A stretch of 64,000 nt of DNA, taken from an uncultured virus (IMG/VR IMGVR_UViG_3300025098_000017). Lineage: Duplodnaviria; Heunggongvirae; Uroviricota; Caudoviricetes; Kyanoviridae. Under the pieces are notes generated by a model. That model saw only the letters and a program-made list of their open reading frames with translations, was not told the origin of the DNA and made no database searches. Below, in pieces: positions 1 to 9,900 of the stretch. Where the stretch lies: IMG/VR virus record IMGVR_UViG_3300025098_000017; one strand, 5' to 3'. Both the position numbers and the translations under genes were made by a program. How positions within the stretch are numbered: position 1 is the first letter of the stretch; each line of letters opens with the position of its first letter.

Positions 1-505
1 ATTGACATTCCCAGACATAACCCTTACCTAACTGATAGAAAGGTCTTTCTGCTTCTACAAACTTAATCTCAAACAAATGTTTTGTTGTTGGAAACCAAAT
101 AAGGTCACCCTCATTAGGACGACCCTCTACATTCAATGCTGCATTATCATCTACCTTCTCAGTAAATTTAGTTCTAGAAAAGATGAAGGTAGTCTTGTCT
201 TCAATACGGACACCAAACTTACTTAGAAGTTCTCCTTGACCTTCCCATCCATCTACATTATTAACATATGCCCTGATAGCAAGTGCTTGTGTGAAATTAC
301 TACTTTCTACTTCTTGAAAAATCGTGTCTTTATTGACGTATGTTCTGGGTAGATAATAGATATCCTGACCATAGAGTTCAATACTCTCGATGATCAGATT
401 GCCCATGAACATCTGTTCCTGGGAAGAACCATTTAGATTTAGTCGGCAACTACTAGTATAGTCCGACTGAATGCAATTTTCTGGGGGATCGTTTCTATAA
501 GTCAT
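1..505 (-). CDS. gp14: Neck protein gp14 (5' part; runs off window edge)
   Basis: Hand translation from ATG at 505: MTYRNDPPENC...EQMFMGNLIIESIELYGQDIYYLPRTYVNKD...GWEGQGELLSKFGVRIEDKTTF...RPNEGDLIWFP...LFEIKFVEAERPFYQLGK. These are T4 gp14-family motifs, directly after gp13. Not in the ORF track because it is truncated. Confidence 0.92.
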   Translation of the reverse strand, partial: MTYRNDPPENCIQSDYTSSCRLNLNGSSQEQMFMGNLIIESIELYGQDIYYLPRTYVNKDTIFQEVESSNFTQALAIRAYVNNVDGWEGQGELLSKFGVRIEDKTTFIFSRTKFTEKVDDNAALNVEGRPNEGDLIWFPTTKHLFEIKFVEAERPFYQLGKGYVWECQ

Positions 506-506
506 A

Positions 507-1313
507 TCAACCGATTAAATCCATTGGAGGGAGTTCGTATGTGCTACGAATATTTTCTTCTAGGTCTTTCTTAAACTGACTACCATCTTCAAGAATCTGA
601 CGACCATTGAGAGTCACACCACCTAGCATCTGAATGCCGTCATACTTACTAAGGTTACGACCCCATTGTTGTTGGAATAATGCTTCTACATAATCCTTCA
701 ACCAGGAATCATTATACATTGCAGTGTAAGTATCAGGGTCTTGACGCATGGTAACTTCTACTACTATCTGATTGCCAGTTTGGAGTTCGTTCCAATCAAA
801 ATCTAGATATAGTCTCCCCTGGTATTCATTAAATCTAACCCTACGATTTTTATCAGAGTTAGTCACAAAATCCAGAGTCTCCAGATATTGCGAAGTCATA
901 AAGTAATGGAGGATTTGTCCATGCGTCATTGCATAGATATCATTCAAGAAAATCTGATACTTGATATTAAAAATATTACCAGGAGTAATACTAGAAGCAC
1001 CAATTTGCGAATATACATGATTGACCGATAAGACACCAGGAGGAAGTGATACATATTCATTCCCTTCTGTCCAATCTGTAGAACCCATTGCACTGCCAGT
1101 TTTGGTAGCAGTCTTAATGGCATCGGTTACTTCAATTTTGATGAATGCTTTATAACTACCGTTATATGCAAACTCTTGAAAGTAATCGATTGCTTCTTCA
1201 ATTAGGTCATCCAATTGCTCATCACATACATTAATATCGATAGCGGGAAAACCTAATCTACGAAGAGCGTAGTTTTTTAGTTCTGTTTTAGTAGCGGGTC
1301 TAGTAGCGGACAT
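507..1313 (-). CDS. gp13: Neck protein gp13
   Basis: ELKNYALRRLGFPAIDINV..EQLDDLIEEA and WLKDYVEALFQQQWGRNLSKYDGIQMLGGVTLNG match T4 gp13-type motifs. Sits upstream of gp14. Confidence 0.93.
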   Translation of the reverse strand: MSATRPATKTELKNYALRRLGFPAIDINVCDEQLDDLIEEAIDYFQEFAYNGSYKAFIKIEVTDAIKTATKTGSAMGSTDWTEGNEYVSLPPGVLSVNHVYSQIGASSITPGNIFNIKYQIFLNDIYAMTHGQILHYFMTSQYLETLDFVTNSDKNRRVRFNEYQGRLYLDFDWNELQTGNQIVVEVTMRQDPDTYTAMYNDSWLKDYVEALFQQQWGRNLSKYDGIQMLGGVTLNGRQILEDGSQFKKDLEENIRSTYELPPMDLIG

Positions 1314-1320
1314 TGGTTAA

Positions 1321-4300
1321 TTAACTCCAGGTAGAAATTGCTGCTCTCTTCCAGGTGTCGGTAGCAACACAGATGTAAATATAGTCGGCATCGTAACGAA
1401 TATCACCTGCGGTGCCAGTTGCTGTTGCACTGGCGGGTGCAGCACCCTCTAATGTAACTTCACCAGAAACATTACCATCTACATTACCAGTGACATCACC
1501 TGTAAGATCACCAGTAACATTACCAGTAACATCACCCGTCAGATCACCTGTAACATCACCTGAGAGATTTCCCAGAATTTTAGCGGTTGCTCTGTCATAC
1601 TTAAATCCAGAGTTGGTAGTAATCGAGTTAGTACCAGACTGATTGAATACGGTTGCAACAAAGACTTCTACATTAGACCCAGAACCTGAGGTAGAAACTG
1701 TAGTTGAATTGCCTGTTACGTTACCAGTCAAGTTACCAGTGACATTACCAGTGACATCTCCAACCAAATCAGCAGTGATTTCATTAGCAGAAAAATCACC
1801 AGAAGCATCGCGAAGGACTAAATTGTTTGCTGAGTTATTGCTCGTAGAAGCGACGTTAATCGTGATGTTGCCTGATACACCATCTGCATTAGTAATAGAG
1901 ACTCCAGAGGACGCTGTGGCGGTCACAGAGCGTTGTGCGTAGGTGTTAGCAGCAGTTCTTGCTACTAGACCAGTGCCTGCCATAGCGGCGAGTGCAGTAA
2001 TGTCAGCATCATTGTAAGTAGTGCTGATAGTTACATCGGCAGAACCATTAAAGGATACGCTACCATCAACTACACCATCAACGGTGATAGTTCTAGCAGT
2101 CTTTAGAGTATCTGCAGTAAGAGCATTACCTTGAATACCAGCAGCAGCACCTACACCAGAAGCAACTGTGATGATATTTGCAGCAAAGTCTCCACTGCCG
2201 TCACGAGCAACAACAGTAGTTGCAGTTGCTGTAGAAGCAGTCGTCATGCTATCCAGAAGGTCAGCATTCAGATTGGCAATCTTATTGGTTGTAGGAATAA
2301 CCAGTGCAGGACCAGAAGAAACTTGAGAGATGATTTGACCATCTACAGTCAGAGTGCCGTCAATATTTGCATTTGCATCAACATCAAGAGATGTGCCACT
2401 ACCAGTAATATTGATAGAACCAGCACGAAGAGCACCATCTGTACCAGAAAGAACTTCAGAGGAGTTACTTGCACTTGTCAGGAATGCAAATTGTTGGGAT
2501 CCTCTATCGAATCCGAAGAAACCAATTTTCGCAGAGCCGTCGTAATAACGGAACTCAACACCACGGTCCTTAGCGTCGTTAGACGTTGGTGCTGTGTCAC
2601 CACCCAGAGTAATAATAGGGTCATCGAGAGTTGTTGTCGTAGAATTAACAGTAGTTGTTGTTCCATTGACTGTTAGATTTCCTGTAATAGTAAGATTGGA
2701 CTCGGCAGTTACATCACCACCGATGTCTAGGGTGCCACGAATATCAGTGTTACCGTTATCGGTATCTACAGTAAACTTGTTCGCAGCAGATGCGTTTTGA
2801 ATAGCAAATGATTTATTGTCTGCAGTAATAGTAACGTTATCGTGTGCTACTAAAGCACCAGAGATATCTGCACTACTATTAAGGTCTAGAGCACCTGTTA
2901 ATTCAGTGCCACCATAGACTCTAGCGTCACCACTAACTGCAAGATTCTTGCCAATACCAGCACCACCAGTCAGACGGAATGCACCATCAGCAGCATAAGA
3001 ACCAGTTAGAGTTTGTTGGGTATTTCTTGTGAAACTTACAACATTAGAGACGCCAAGAGTGTCATTAATTTGAGTTGGATCACCAACAGTTAATGTACCA
3101 ACAATATTTGTATTGCCGTTATCAGCATCAACACCAAACTTCTCAACTGCAGATCCATTTCTGATAGAGAAGACTTCGTTAGCAGCATCAACAATCAGAG
3201 AGTCATTGATAGTTGTCTGACCTTGGACAACCAGTGTGCCATCAGTTGCGATGTTGCCTGATGAAGACTTCACGGTCATCTTATCCGTGCTACCACTTCT
3301 TACAGCGAAGTTGGCATCAACATCAACCGTGCCGTTAAACTCGGAGTTGCCTTGGACCAGAAGTGTCTGGTCGAATGTGACAGCGTTGCTGACATCCAGA
3401 GTATTTGTAATCTCAGTTGCACCGTTGACATCTAATGTGCCTTGGATATCAGTATTACCAGTTACATTATCAACAAAGAATTTATCCGTTGTTCCGTTTC
3501 TAACTGCAAAGTCTGCATCAACATCGACAGTGCCATTAACATTTAATGTCCCTTCAATTAAGGTGTTGCCATTATCAGTATCAACATCAAACTTAGCAAC
3601 TCCAGAACCATTTCTAATAGAGAATACTTCGTTGGCAGCGTTGATAATTACGCTATCTTGGATAGTAACTTCGCCCTCAACATTGAGAGTACCTTCAATA
3701 TCAGTATTACCAGATGCACCTAAGACAGAGAACTTGACTGTATCGCTATTACTTTTCTTACCAATAAACAGACCTTCGTTGGCAGATGTGCCGCCGATAT
3801 GAAGAGTAGTACCGATACCAGCACCACCAAAGACTCTGGCGTTTGATTGTGTATGTGCAGCATAATCAGGGGTTAAAACCTGAACGGATCCAGTTTCAAA
3901 CTTACGACGAACTCTCAGGAAGTTTTGCTCGTTGAAGTCTTCTGTAGCAGATTCTTTCTGAAGAATAGTACCGTTGATAACAACGTCGCTGTCAAACATG
4001 AAGTCGCCAGCAATATATCCACCACCATCAAATCGGAATGATCCGTAGTCGGAGGATTGGATTTCCCAAATACCAGTGCCTGCATTCAGTGCGAATGAAG
4101 GTTCATCAGTTGCTTCAAAGTGGACAGAACTGGCAACATTCAATGTGCTATTAAGATCAACTGCACCAGTAACTGTTACAATACCACCAAACTCTGCATT
4201 ACCTGAGGTTGTATGAATCTCTGACTTAACTGTGCCTGCACCATTCTGGAATTGTAGTGACTTAGAAGCACCACGGAGCACCATCGTATCGTCGAAGCGA

Positions 4301-6423
4301 GATGTGCTATTTGCTCTGAATGTACTGTCAACATCCAACAAACCGCCGATGTTTACATCTTGAGTAATACCAACACCACCAGCAACTACCAAGTCGCCAG
4401 TTGTATTAGTAGTTGAGTTAGTGCCTGTTGTAAGTTTTACGTTACCTGCAATGATACCAGAATCGGTGCCAGTAAAGACCTCGGAAGTATTTGTAGCAGC
4501 ATGAAGGAAACGATATCCACCACCATGACCACCCAAATCAGTGTAATTAGTATCCCAACCATAGAAACCTAAGCGTGCTTCGGTGTCATAATAGTTGAAT
4601 TCAATACCACGATCTAGATTATCATCAGTTGTAGGAACAGTATCACCACCAAGTAGAATAGTGACATCATCTACAGTCAATTGTGTGGAATTAATTGTAG
4701 TGGTTGTGCCATCAATCTGAAGGTTGCCCCAGACACGAACCAAACCAGTGACTGCACGATCATCACCAGGGTCCAGATTCATCGTCGCATTGGTTGTGGC
4801 GATGTAATTATCTTGGAATTTTGTATCCTCTACATGAACTTTACCTGCTGCTTCTGATGCATTAATCTGTACAGTATCTTCAGCAGTAATAATAATGTTG
4901 CTGGAACCAGCACCAGCATTGGTTGTAAGAATATTAAAGTTTCTATTTGTGGCAGTGTTCTGAGTTAACTGGAAGGTAAGGTCACCATCCCCAGTCTTAT
5001 CCAGTGTCTGAGCAGAAGTGCCGTCAAGAGTAATATCAGGGTCAGAGAAATACGACCGTACATTAACATCAAGTTCGCCAGCTCCGCTGTCCCCCGTATT
5101 ATTAGCGCCAACAAGTAGATTACCGCTCGTATCATTAACTTTAAGATAGTTAAGATAATTGAATCCTCTGTATCCAGTGGTTGCAGTAAGTTCCTGATCA
5201 AGTTCAAAATCTTCTTTTGTATTTCCATCAGCAAAAGAGACTCTATTATTCTGTAATTGTGTATTATCAACACCTACTGCGGCGATTGTGACATGCCCGT
5301 TGCTGTCAACGTCGAAATCTTCCTGTGCAAAACTAGCCAGTCCCTTCTGCTCCGTTGCCTCAGCCGCGAGGTAACGCCATGATCCAGTATCACCACTGGA
5401 ATGAGTAGGAGCACCAACGCCAGCACCAATGTCTGCAATCGCTTGGTAGACTTTTGATGCATTCTGAATGATTGCATATCTGGAATAAGCAGTGCCTGCA
5501 TCATAGTTAGCATACTTACTACCCTCGGTAGCAGTAGCAATAGGCACATTTGTTGAACTTTGAAGACGACCGTACTTATCTACTGTAAATTTAACAGTGT
5601 TTACAGTTTCGGTTCCTAAGAGTTCTCCTTTTGATCCAACAGAATTTACAGATGTGAGACTTTCTGTATTATAGTCACCGTCAGAATGAGCGGATGGGTC
5701 TGGAACAACAGTGGTATTTGCTAAGTCAATTGTAGGATTGCCATTAATGCCGTCCCCATTACTAACGACAGTTCTTCCTGATGAAGAGTCAATATCTCTA
5801 ACTGTGATATTACCAATCGATGTTCTAGAAATTAAACCAAAACCAGCAGAACCATCAGTAAGGTTTGTGATTGCTGTTAAATCATTGTCATATGGTTGTG
5901 CAGAACTTCCAACAACAGTACCATCTAATCCATATGCTTGGATTGTTGTTGGATTTTCAGCATTAGTTACCCTACCCTTAGAATCAACAGTAACTTTTGT
6001 ATAAGTTGCAGAAGAATTCTCTGTTCCGTCATAATGAGGGAGTGTTGAGATTAGACCGAGAACAGCATTGATATTGAGGTTTGCAGAACCGTCAAAAATA
6101 CCAGAACCAGTAACGTCTTGTGATAATTGAATCTGACGAGTTGAAGATAATCTCGATGCAGTAGAAGCATTACCAATTAGTGTTGCAGTAACAGTACCTG
6201 CTTGAAAGTTTCCGTCAGCATCTCGCTGCACCAACGTATTTGCAGTGGATGAAACTGATTCAATAGGTCTTCCATACCTAAGAGAGTTCCATGCAGTAAC
6301 ACCATCCCCAATTTTTATGCGACCCGTATCAAGTTCAATCCCAAGTTCACCTTGAGCAAGAGTTGGATTCGCATTACTCCATTGGGTAGCTGAACCACGT
6401 CGTAACTGAATTCTATTTGCCAT
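1321..6423 (-). CDS. Long fibre protein (1700 aa) with Mtd_N/hyaluronidase-like N-terminal anchor
   Basis: N-terminus RIQLRRG..W...NPTLAQGELGIELDTGRIKIGDGVTAWNSL. Many G.L.V beta repeats, (T/G)GDVTGNV repeats and a C-terminal GDIRYDADYIYICVATDTWKR motif typical of phage fibres. Position next to gp13 suggests a collar/whisker or tail fibre. Confidence 0.8.
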   Translation of the reverse strand: MANRIQLRRGSATQWSNANPTLAQGELGIELDTGRIKIGDGVTAWNSLRYGRPIESVSSTANTLVQRDADGNFQAGTVTATLIGNASTASRLSSTRQIQLSQDVTGSGIFDGSANLNINAVLGLISTLPHYDGTENSSATYTKVTVDSKGRVTNAENPTTIQAYGLDGTVVGSSAQPYDNDLTAITNLTDGSAGFGLISRTSIGNITVRDIDSSSGRTVVSNGDGINGNPTIDLANTTVVPDPSAHSDGDYNTESLTSVNSVGSKGELLGTETVNTVKFTVDKYGRLQSSTNVPIATATEGSKYANYDAGTAYSRYAIIQNASKVYQAIADIGAGVGAPTHSSGDTGSWRYLAAEATEQKGLASFAQEDFDVDSNGHVTIAAVGVDNTQLQNNRVSFADGNTKEDFELDQELTATTGYRGFNYLNYLKVNDTSGNLLVGANNTGDSGAGELDVNVRSYFSDPDITLDGTSAQTLDKTGDGDLTFQLTQNTATNRNFNILTTNAGAGSSNIIITAEDTVQINASEAAGKVHVEDTKFQDNYIATTNATMNLDPGDDRAVTGLVRVWGNLQIDGTTTTINSTQLTVDDVTILLGGDTVPTTDDNLDRGIEFNYYDTEARLGFYGWDTNYTDLGGHGGGYRFLHAATNTSEVFTGTDSGIIAGNVKLTTGTNSTTNTTGDLVVAGGVGITQDVNIGGLLDVDSTFRANSTSRFDDTMVLRGASKSLQFQNGAGTVKSEIHTTSGNAEFGGIVTVTGAVDLNSTLNVASSVHFEATDEPSFALNAGTGIWEIQSSDYGSFRFDGGGYIAGDFMFDSDVVINGTILQKESATEDFNEQNFLRVRRKFETGSVQVLTPDYAAHTQSNARVFGGAGIGTTLHIGGTSANEGLFIGKKSNSDTVKFSVLGASGNTDIEGTLNVEGEVTIQDSVIINAANEVFSIRNGSGVAKFDVDTDNGNTLIEGTLNVNGTVDVDADFAVRNGTTDKFFVDNVTGNTDIQGTLDVNGATEITNTLDVSNAVTFDQTLLVQGNSEFNGTVDVDANFAVRSGSTDKMTVKSSSGNIATDGTLVVQGQTTINDSLIVDAANEVFSIRNGSAVEKFGVDADNGNTNIVGTLTVGDPTQINDTLGVSNVVSFTRNTQQTLTGSYAADGAFRLTGGAGIGKNLAVSGDARVYGGTELTGALDLNSSADISGALVAHDNVTITADNKSFAIQNASAANKFTVDTDNGNTDIRGTLDIGGDVTAESNLTITGNLTVNGTTTTVNSTTTTLDDPIITLGGDTAPTSNDAKDRGVEFRYYDGSAKIGFFGFDRGSQQFAFLTSASNSSEVLSGTDGALRAGSINITGSGTSLDVDANANIDGTLTVDGQIISQVSSGPALVIPTTNKIANLNADLLDSMTTASTATATTVVARDGSGDFAANIITVASGVGAAAGIQGNALTADTLKTARTITVDGVVDGSVSFNGSADVTISTTYNDADITALAAMAGTGLVARTAANTYAQRSVTATASSGVSITNADGVSGNITINVASTSNNSANNLVLRDASGDFSANEITADLVGDVTGNVTGNLTGNVTGNSTTVSTSGSGSNVEVFVATVFNQSGTNSITTNSGFKYDRATAKILGNLSGDVTGDLTGDVTGNVTGDLTGDVTGNVDGNVSGEVTLEGAAPASATATGTAGDIRYDADYIYICVATDTWKRAAISTWS

Positions 6424-6455
6424 TCCCGAAAATTGCTGAGATTATGCTTCTGAGT

Positions 6456-6463
6456 TATTTATG
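6456..6463 (-). promoter_or_regulatory. T4-type late promoter variant (CATAAATA)
   Basis: One mismatch to TATAAATA, about 30 nt upstream of the fibre ATG and just after a terminator. Confidence 0.65.
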
Positions 6464-6468
6464 CCATT

Positions 6469-6493
6469 AAAAAGGGGGGAATTAAACCCCCCT
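6469..6493 (-). terminator. Rho-independent terminator
   Basis: Minus strand reads AGGGGGG-TTTAATT-CCCCCCT followed by a T run, immediately after the stop of 6498..6725. Confidence 0.85.
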
Positions 6494-6497
6494 GTCA

Positions 6498-6725
6498 TTA
6501 TTCTGTTTCTGTTACTTCTTCTTCGGGAGGATTGGACATAGTTTCTTCCTCCTGAGGAGTCTCCGAATAGTATTGAAGTGTTTCAATAGCACCCTGAAGT
6601 TTCAATGCAGTAACCTCATTATCTCTAATTCTTTTAGAGAGTGACTTGTTTTCTTCAAGAAGATTATTCATTCTCTCAGTAAACTGAGTTAGCATTTCTT
6701 CTTGAGAAACTTTTTCAATCGTCAT
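6498..6725 (-). CDS. Small coiled-coil hypothetical protein
   Basis: 75 aa, heptad pattern, LKLQGAIETLQY, acidic tail; packed in the structural operon. Confidence 0.75.
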   Translation of the reverse strand: MTIEKVSQEEMLTQFTERMNNLLEENKSLSKRIRDNEVTALKLQGAIETLQYYSETPQEEETMSNPPEEEVTETE

Positions 6726-6728
6726 AAT

Positions 6729-6956
6729 TTAACCTTTTTGAGTTTGAACTAACGTTAGTAAAAGTGATTTGATTTCACTCATCTCTGATTTTAGCGCAGA
6801 AACATCATCTTGTAAAGCCTGTTGAGTCTGTGCTTGCTTTTGTCTGGAATTATATTTTTTCATATATTCCGTATACTCACCACTGTCAGTATATTCAAAC
6901 GCACCAGAGGTGGATTCTCTCACCCACCCAGTATTATCTTTGATTGGTTGTTTCAT
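6729..6956 (-). CDS. Small hypothetical protein coupled to the DUF4815 gene (coiled-coil C-terminus)
   Basis: 75 aa; start overlaps the upstream stop (TAATG); ends ..LKSEMSEIKSLL. Confidence 0.75.
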   Translation of the reverse strand: MKQPIKDNTGWVRESTSGAFEYTDSGEYTEYMKKYNSRQKQAQTQQALQDDVSALKSEMSEIKSLLLTLVQTQKG

Positions 6957-9900
6957 TATACAGCAAGAGCGATTGCGCGAAGGTCCTTAATGTAAGGTGT
7001 ATATGCCTGATTATCAGATACGAATACCACTTTAATTTGGTATTCGACAAAATCTAAACCAGTAGCTTCATACTCATAATCTCGGAAGATTTCAGTTTCA
7101 TCCGTTCCAGGAACAGTGGCATCTCCTGACGCAGTAGAGAAGAAATTATATCCTTCGTCTTCAATTACCCCAGTAGATCCAGTAGGAAGTGTTCTATATA
7201 GCACTTTAATTGATGTTCCAGGTGGACGGAAACCCGCAAAGAGAACCTTGAGTGAAGTTGAAGTGTTGCTCAATGATGCCACCTTAGAAATATATACTGC
7301 ATCGTGAGTATCTCCAGTTGATAACAGAGCAGTGTTCTCATCAGCAGGACTATTAATTCTACTACTAACGAGAGTAGCAGACATTCTATCCGTATCAATT
7401 ACAGGTGTGATATTAGTCTTACTGGAAGTTAATGATACGTCCATTCTAAAAGATTTAGCACCAGCAAGTTCTGCATCTTCATTAACCTTAGAACAAATCA
7501 TCTGAGGTTCATCAAAGTAATTGTCATCTCCAAGGACTACATCTTTGAATAATCCATTATTAACAAAGGAATTTTGACTGAGTTGAACTCCATCATTGAT
7601 AGATGTGCCCGTGACAGTATTAATTCTAGCGTTAATTTCAGTATTCGGTAGAATCATAGTTTGTAGAGAAGGTACGATAATTTCATACTGCAGGTTTTGC
7701 GTTGCAATTCCTGCGACTCCACCACTAATAATACCAGATGTTGAAATTGATGTAGTTGTAATATCGTAAGAATCTAAAGTTGGATTGCTGATATTGGAGT
7801 GTGTTTTGTTAATTTCAGTTAGAGGAATACCATCTAAGTTATAACATTCAACTACAGTTTCATCTGCATGTGCTACAGCAGTAGTTCCATCAACACCCCT
7901 TTCAGCAACAGTGATTGTCTTACCATCCGAACTGACAGCGGAATATGACATAATCTCATCTTCAATCTTAATATAACCCAGATTGGATACTCCGATATTA
8001 GCACCATCGATTCTTGAATGGAATGCAATGGCGTCATTAACGAGTACCGATAAGTCGCTAGTTGAGATAGAAGAAGTCAAGAAGGTGGGATTGATTTCAG
8101 ATGCAATCCCCTCGATAGTTACATTGTTATCAAGGTCGTGCATACCATGATTTGAATGTAAGATTCTAACCAGTTTTTCACTTGTAGCATAAGTTGGAGT
8201 AGTAGTTGCATACGAATCAGTGATAGATGCAGGACTTCCTGAAGTGGTATCTCCACTATAAGCAATAGTATTAACTGTTGCAGTAGCACCAGAAGTTCCA
8301 CCTGTAATAGTTTCTGTCGAAGGAGTAAACTCTGTAGAAACATACTTCAGTGTCAAAGTATTAGTTCCAGAGGTCCAAGTTACAATTTCTGCAGTGGGAG
8401 AAGTAGAAGAATTTCCTGTAATAGTTTCACCAACAGTGAAATCACCTGAAGTTCCAGTAACGACCAGTGTTGCAGTAGTCTTAGATGACACAATTCTATT
8501 TGTAATTACACCACCTGTATCAGAACCTGCTTGCCAAGCACCACTAACATCGTTAATGGTTAAAGTTCTTACTGATCCTACATCAGTAATTGCAGTAATT
8601 GTACCCTCAGAAAGAGTAGTTTTTTGATACAATCTTGCACCAATTGTGTAATTCAATGAGTTGTCATTAAGAACTAGTTTCAAAGATGGTTGGAAAGTTT
8701 GAACAGGTTCTGCTCTCAATTTCAACTTACCATTATTACCAATATCAAGTTCTGCATTATTAAAGACTACTGTAGAAGTTGAAGTTGTATCAAAATCTGC
8801 TCTATAAAGATTGAATTTGAGGTCTTCGTACTGGTCAGCAGTCCATGTTGTTGCGTTCTGTGACTTAAACAAGACACCTGCATATGGTTGCTCAGAGATT
8901 GTTCTATCTCCAGTAATATCAACTTCACCCATTCTTGAAATCCAGACTTTATATTCATTAGAGTCAGAGAACAAGACAAAACAATGTTCAATTGATGGTG
9001 GAATGTAGACAGGTGCTCTGAAAACAAAGTTGGTTGCAATAGCACCTGTTTCTGAAGTTTGAATATCGTCAGGAACAATAGTAACATCAGAGAATGGAAG
9101 GATATTTGCAGTAGGATAACCATTCTCCATAGTTCTAATTTGCATAGAGATTGGAATATTAGTATCCTTTGTGTTGAAATAAATGTCTACAGACGATACA
9201 AATACACCACCTTCTTCTTCAATCAAGAATGATTGTGCAAGAGGATCCCACCAACCAACTTGCCTACGACGAGTACGAGTAGTACGAACAGTTCTGGATT
9301 GAGTTACTGTATCACGAACAATATCGGCATTACGAACAGCAAGAACATTTTCTTGCAAAGTATTCAATGTGCCCGTTGCTTGGTATTCTGCTTCTGCAGC
9401 AGAATCTACAGCACCAGCTAAACGACTATCAGTTTCATTAGTAGTCAGACGAATTGTTCTTGTGCCAGTTGCCCAACGAGGAGCAGGGTCTGAAATTGGA
9501 GGTGCAGGTTCTCCAGGACCTCCAGTCACTGCGATATCAGGTGTTGCTGGAGGAATAAAGAATGATGCTCTAAATTTACCAGTTCTATCAGATACCAATC
9601 TCCTGTTTGCCATGACTGCTCGTGCCCCAGATTCACCTTCGATAATTTCACCTACTTGGAAATTGCCATAAGACTTACCTGCTGATTGCTGTGCCGCTCT
9701 CAAAACATTAACATTCAGAAGCGCAGTTGTAGAAGAATACGAACTCGGAAGTTCTGAATCATCATATGGACTATAAGTATAGAAACCATTTGGTGCCACC
9801 ACAACAAACTTAGCACCACTAGTAAGACCAGTTACAGTCTCACCAACAACAAATGGAGTAGAATTTGTTCTGTTATCAACTGAAGGGTCTTTAATCAATT

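Noticed and set aside
1321..6423. Diversity-generating retroelement suggested by the Mtd_N-like domain
   Set aside because: No reverse transcriptase and no template/variable repeat pair differing at adenines was seen in the window.
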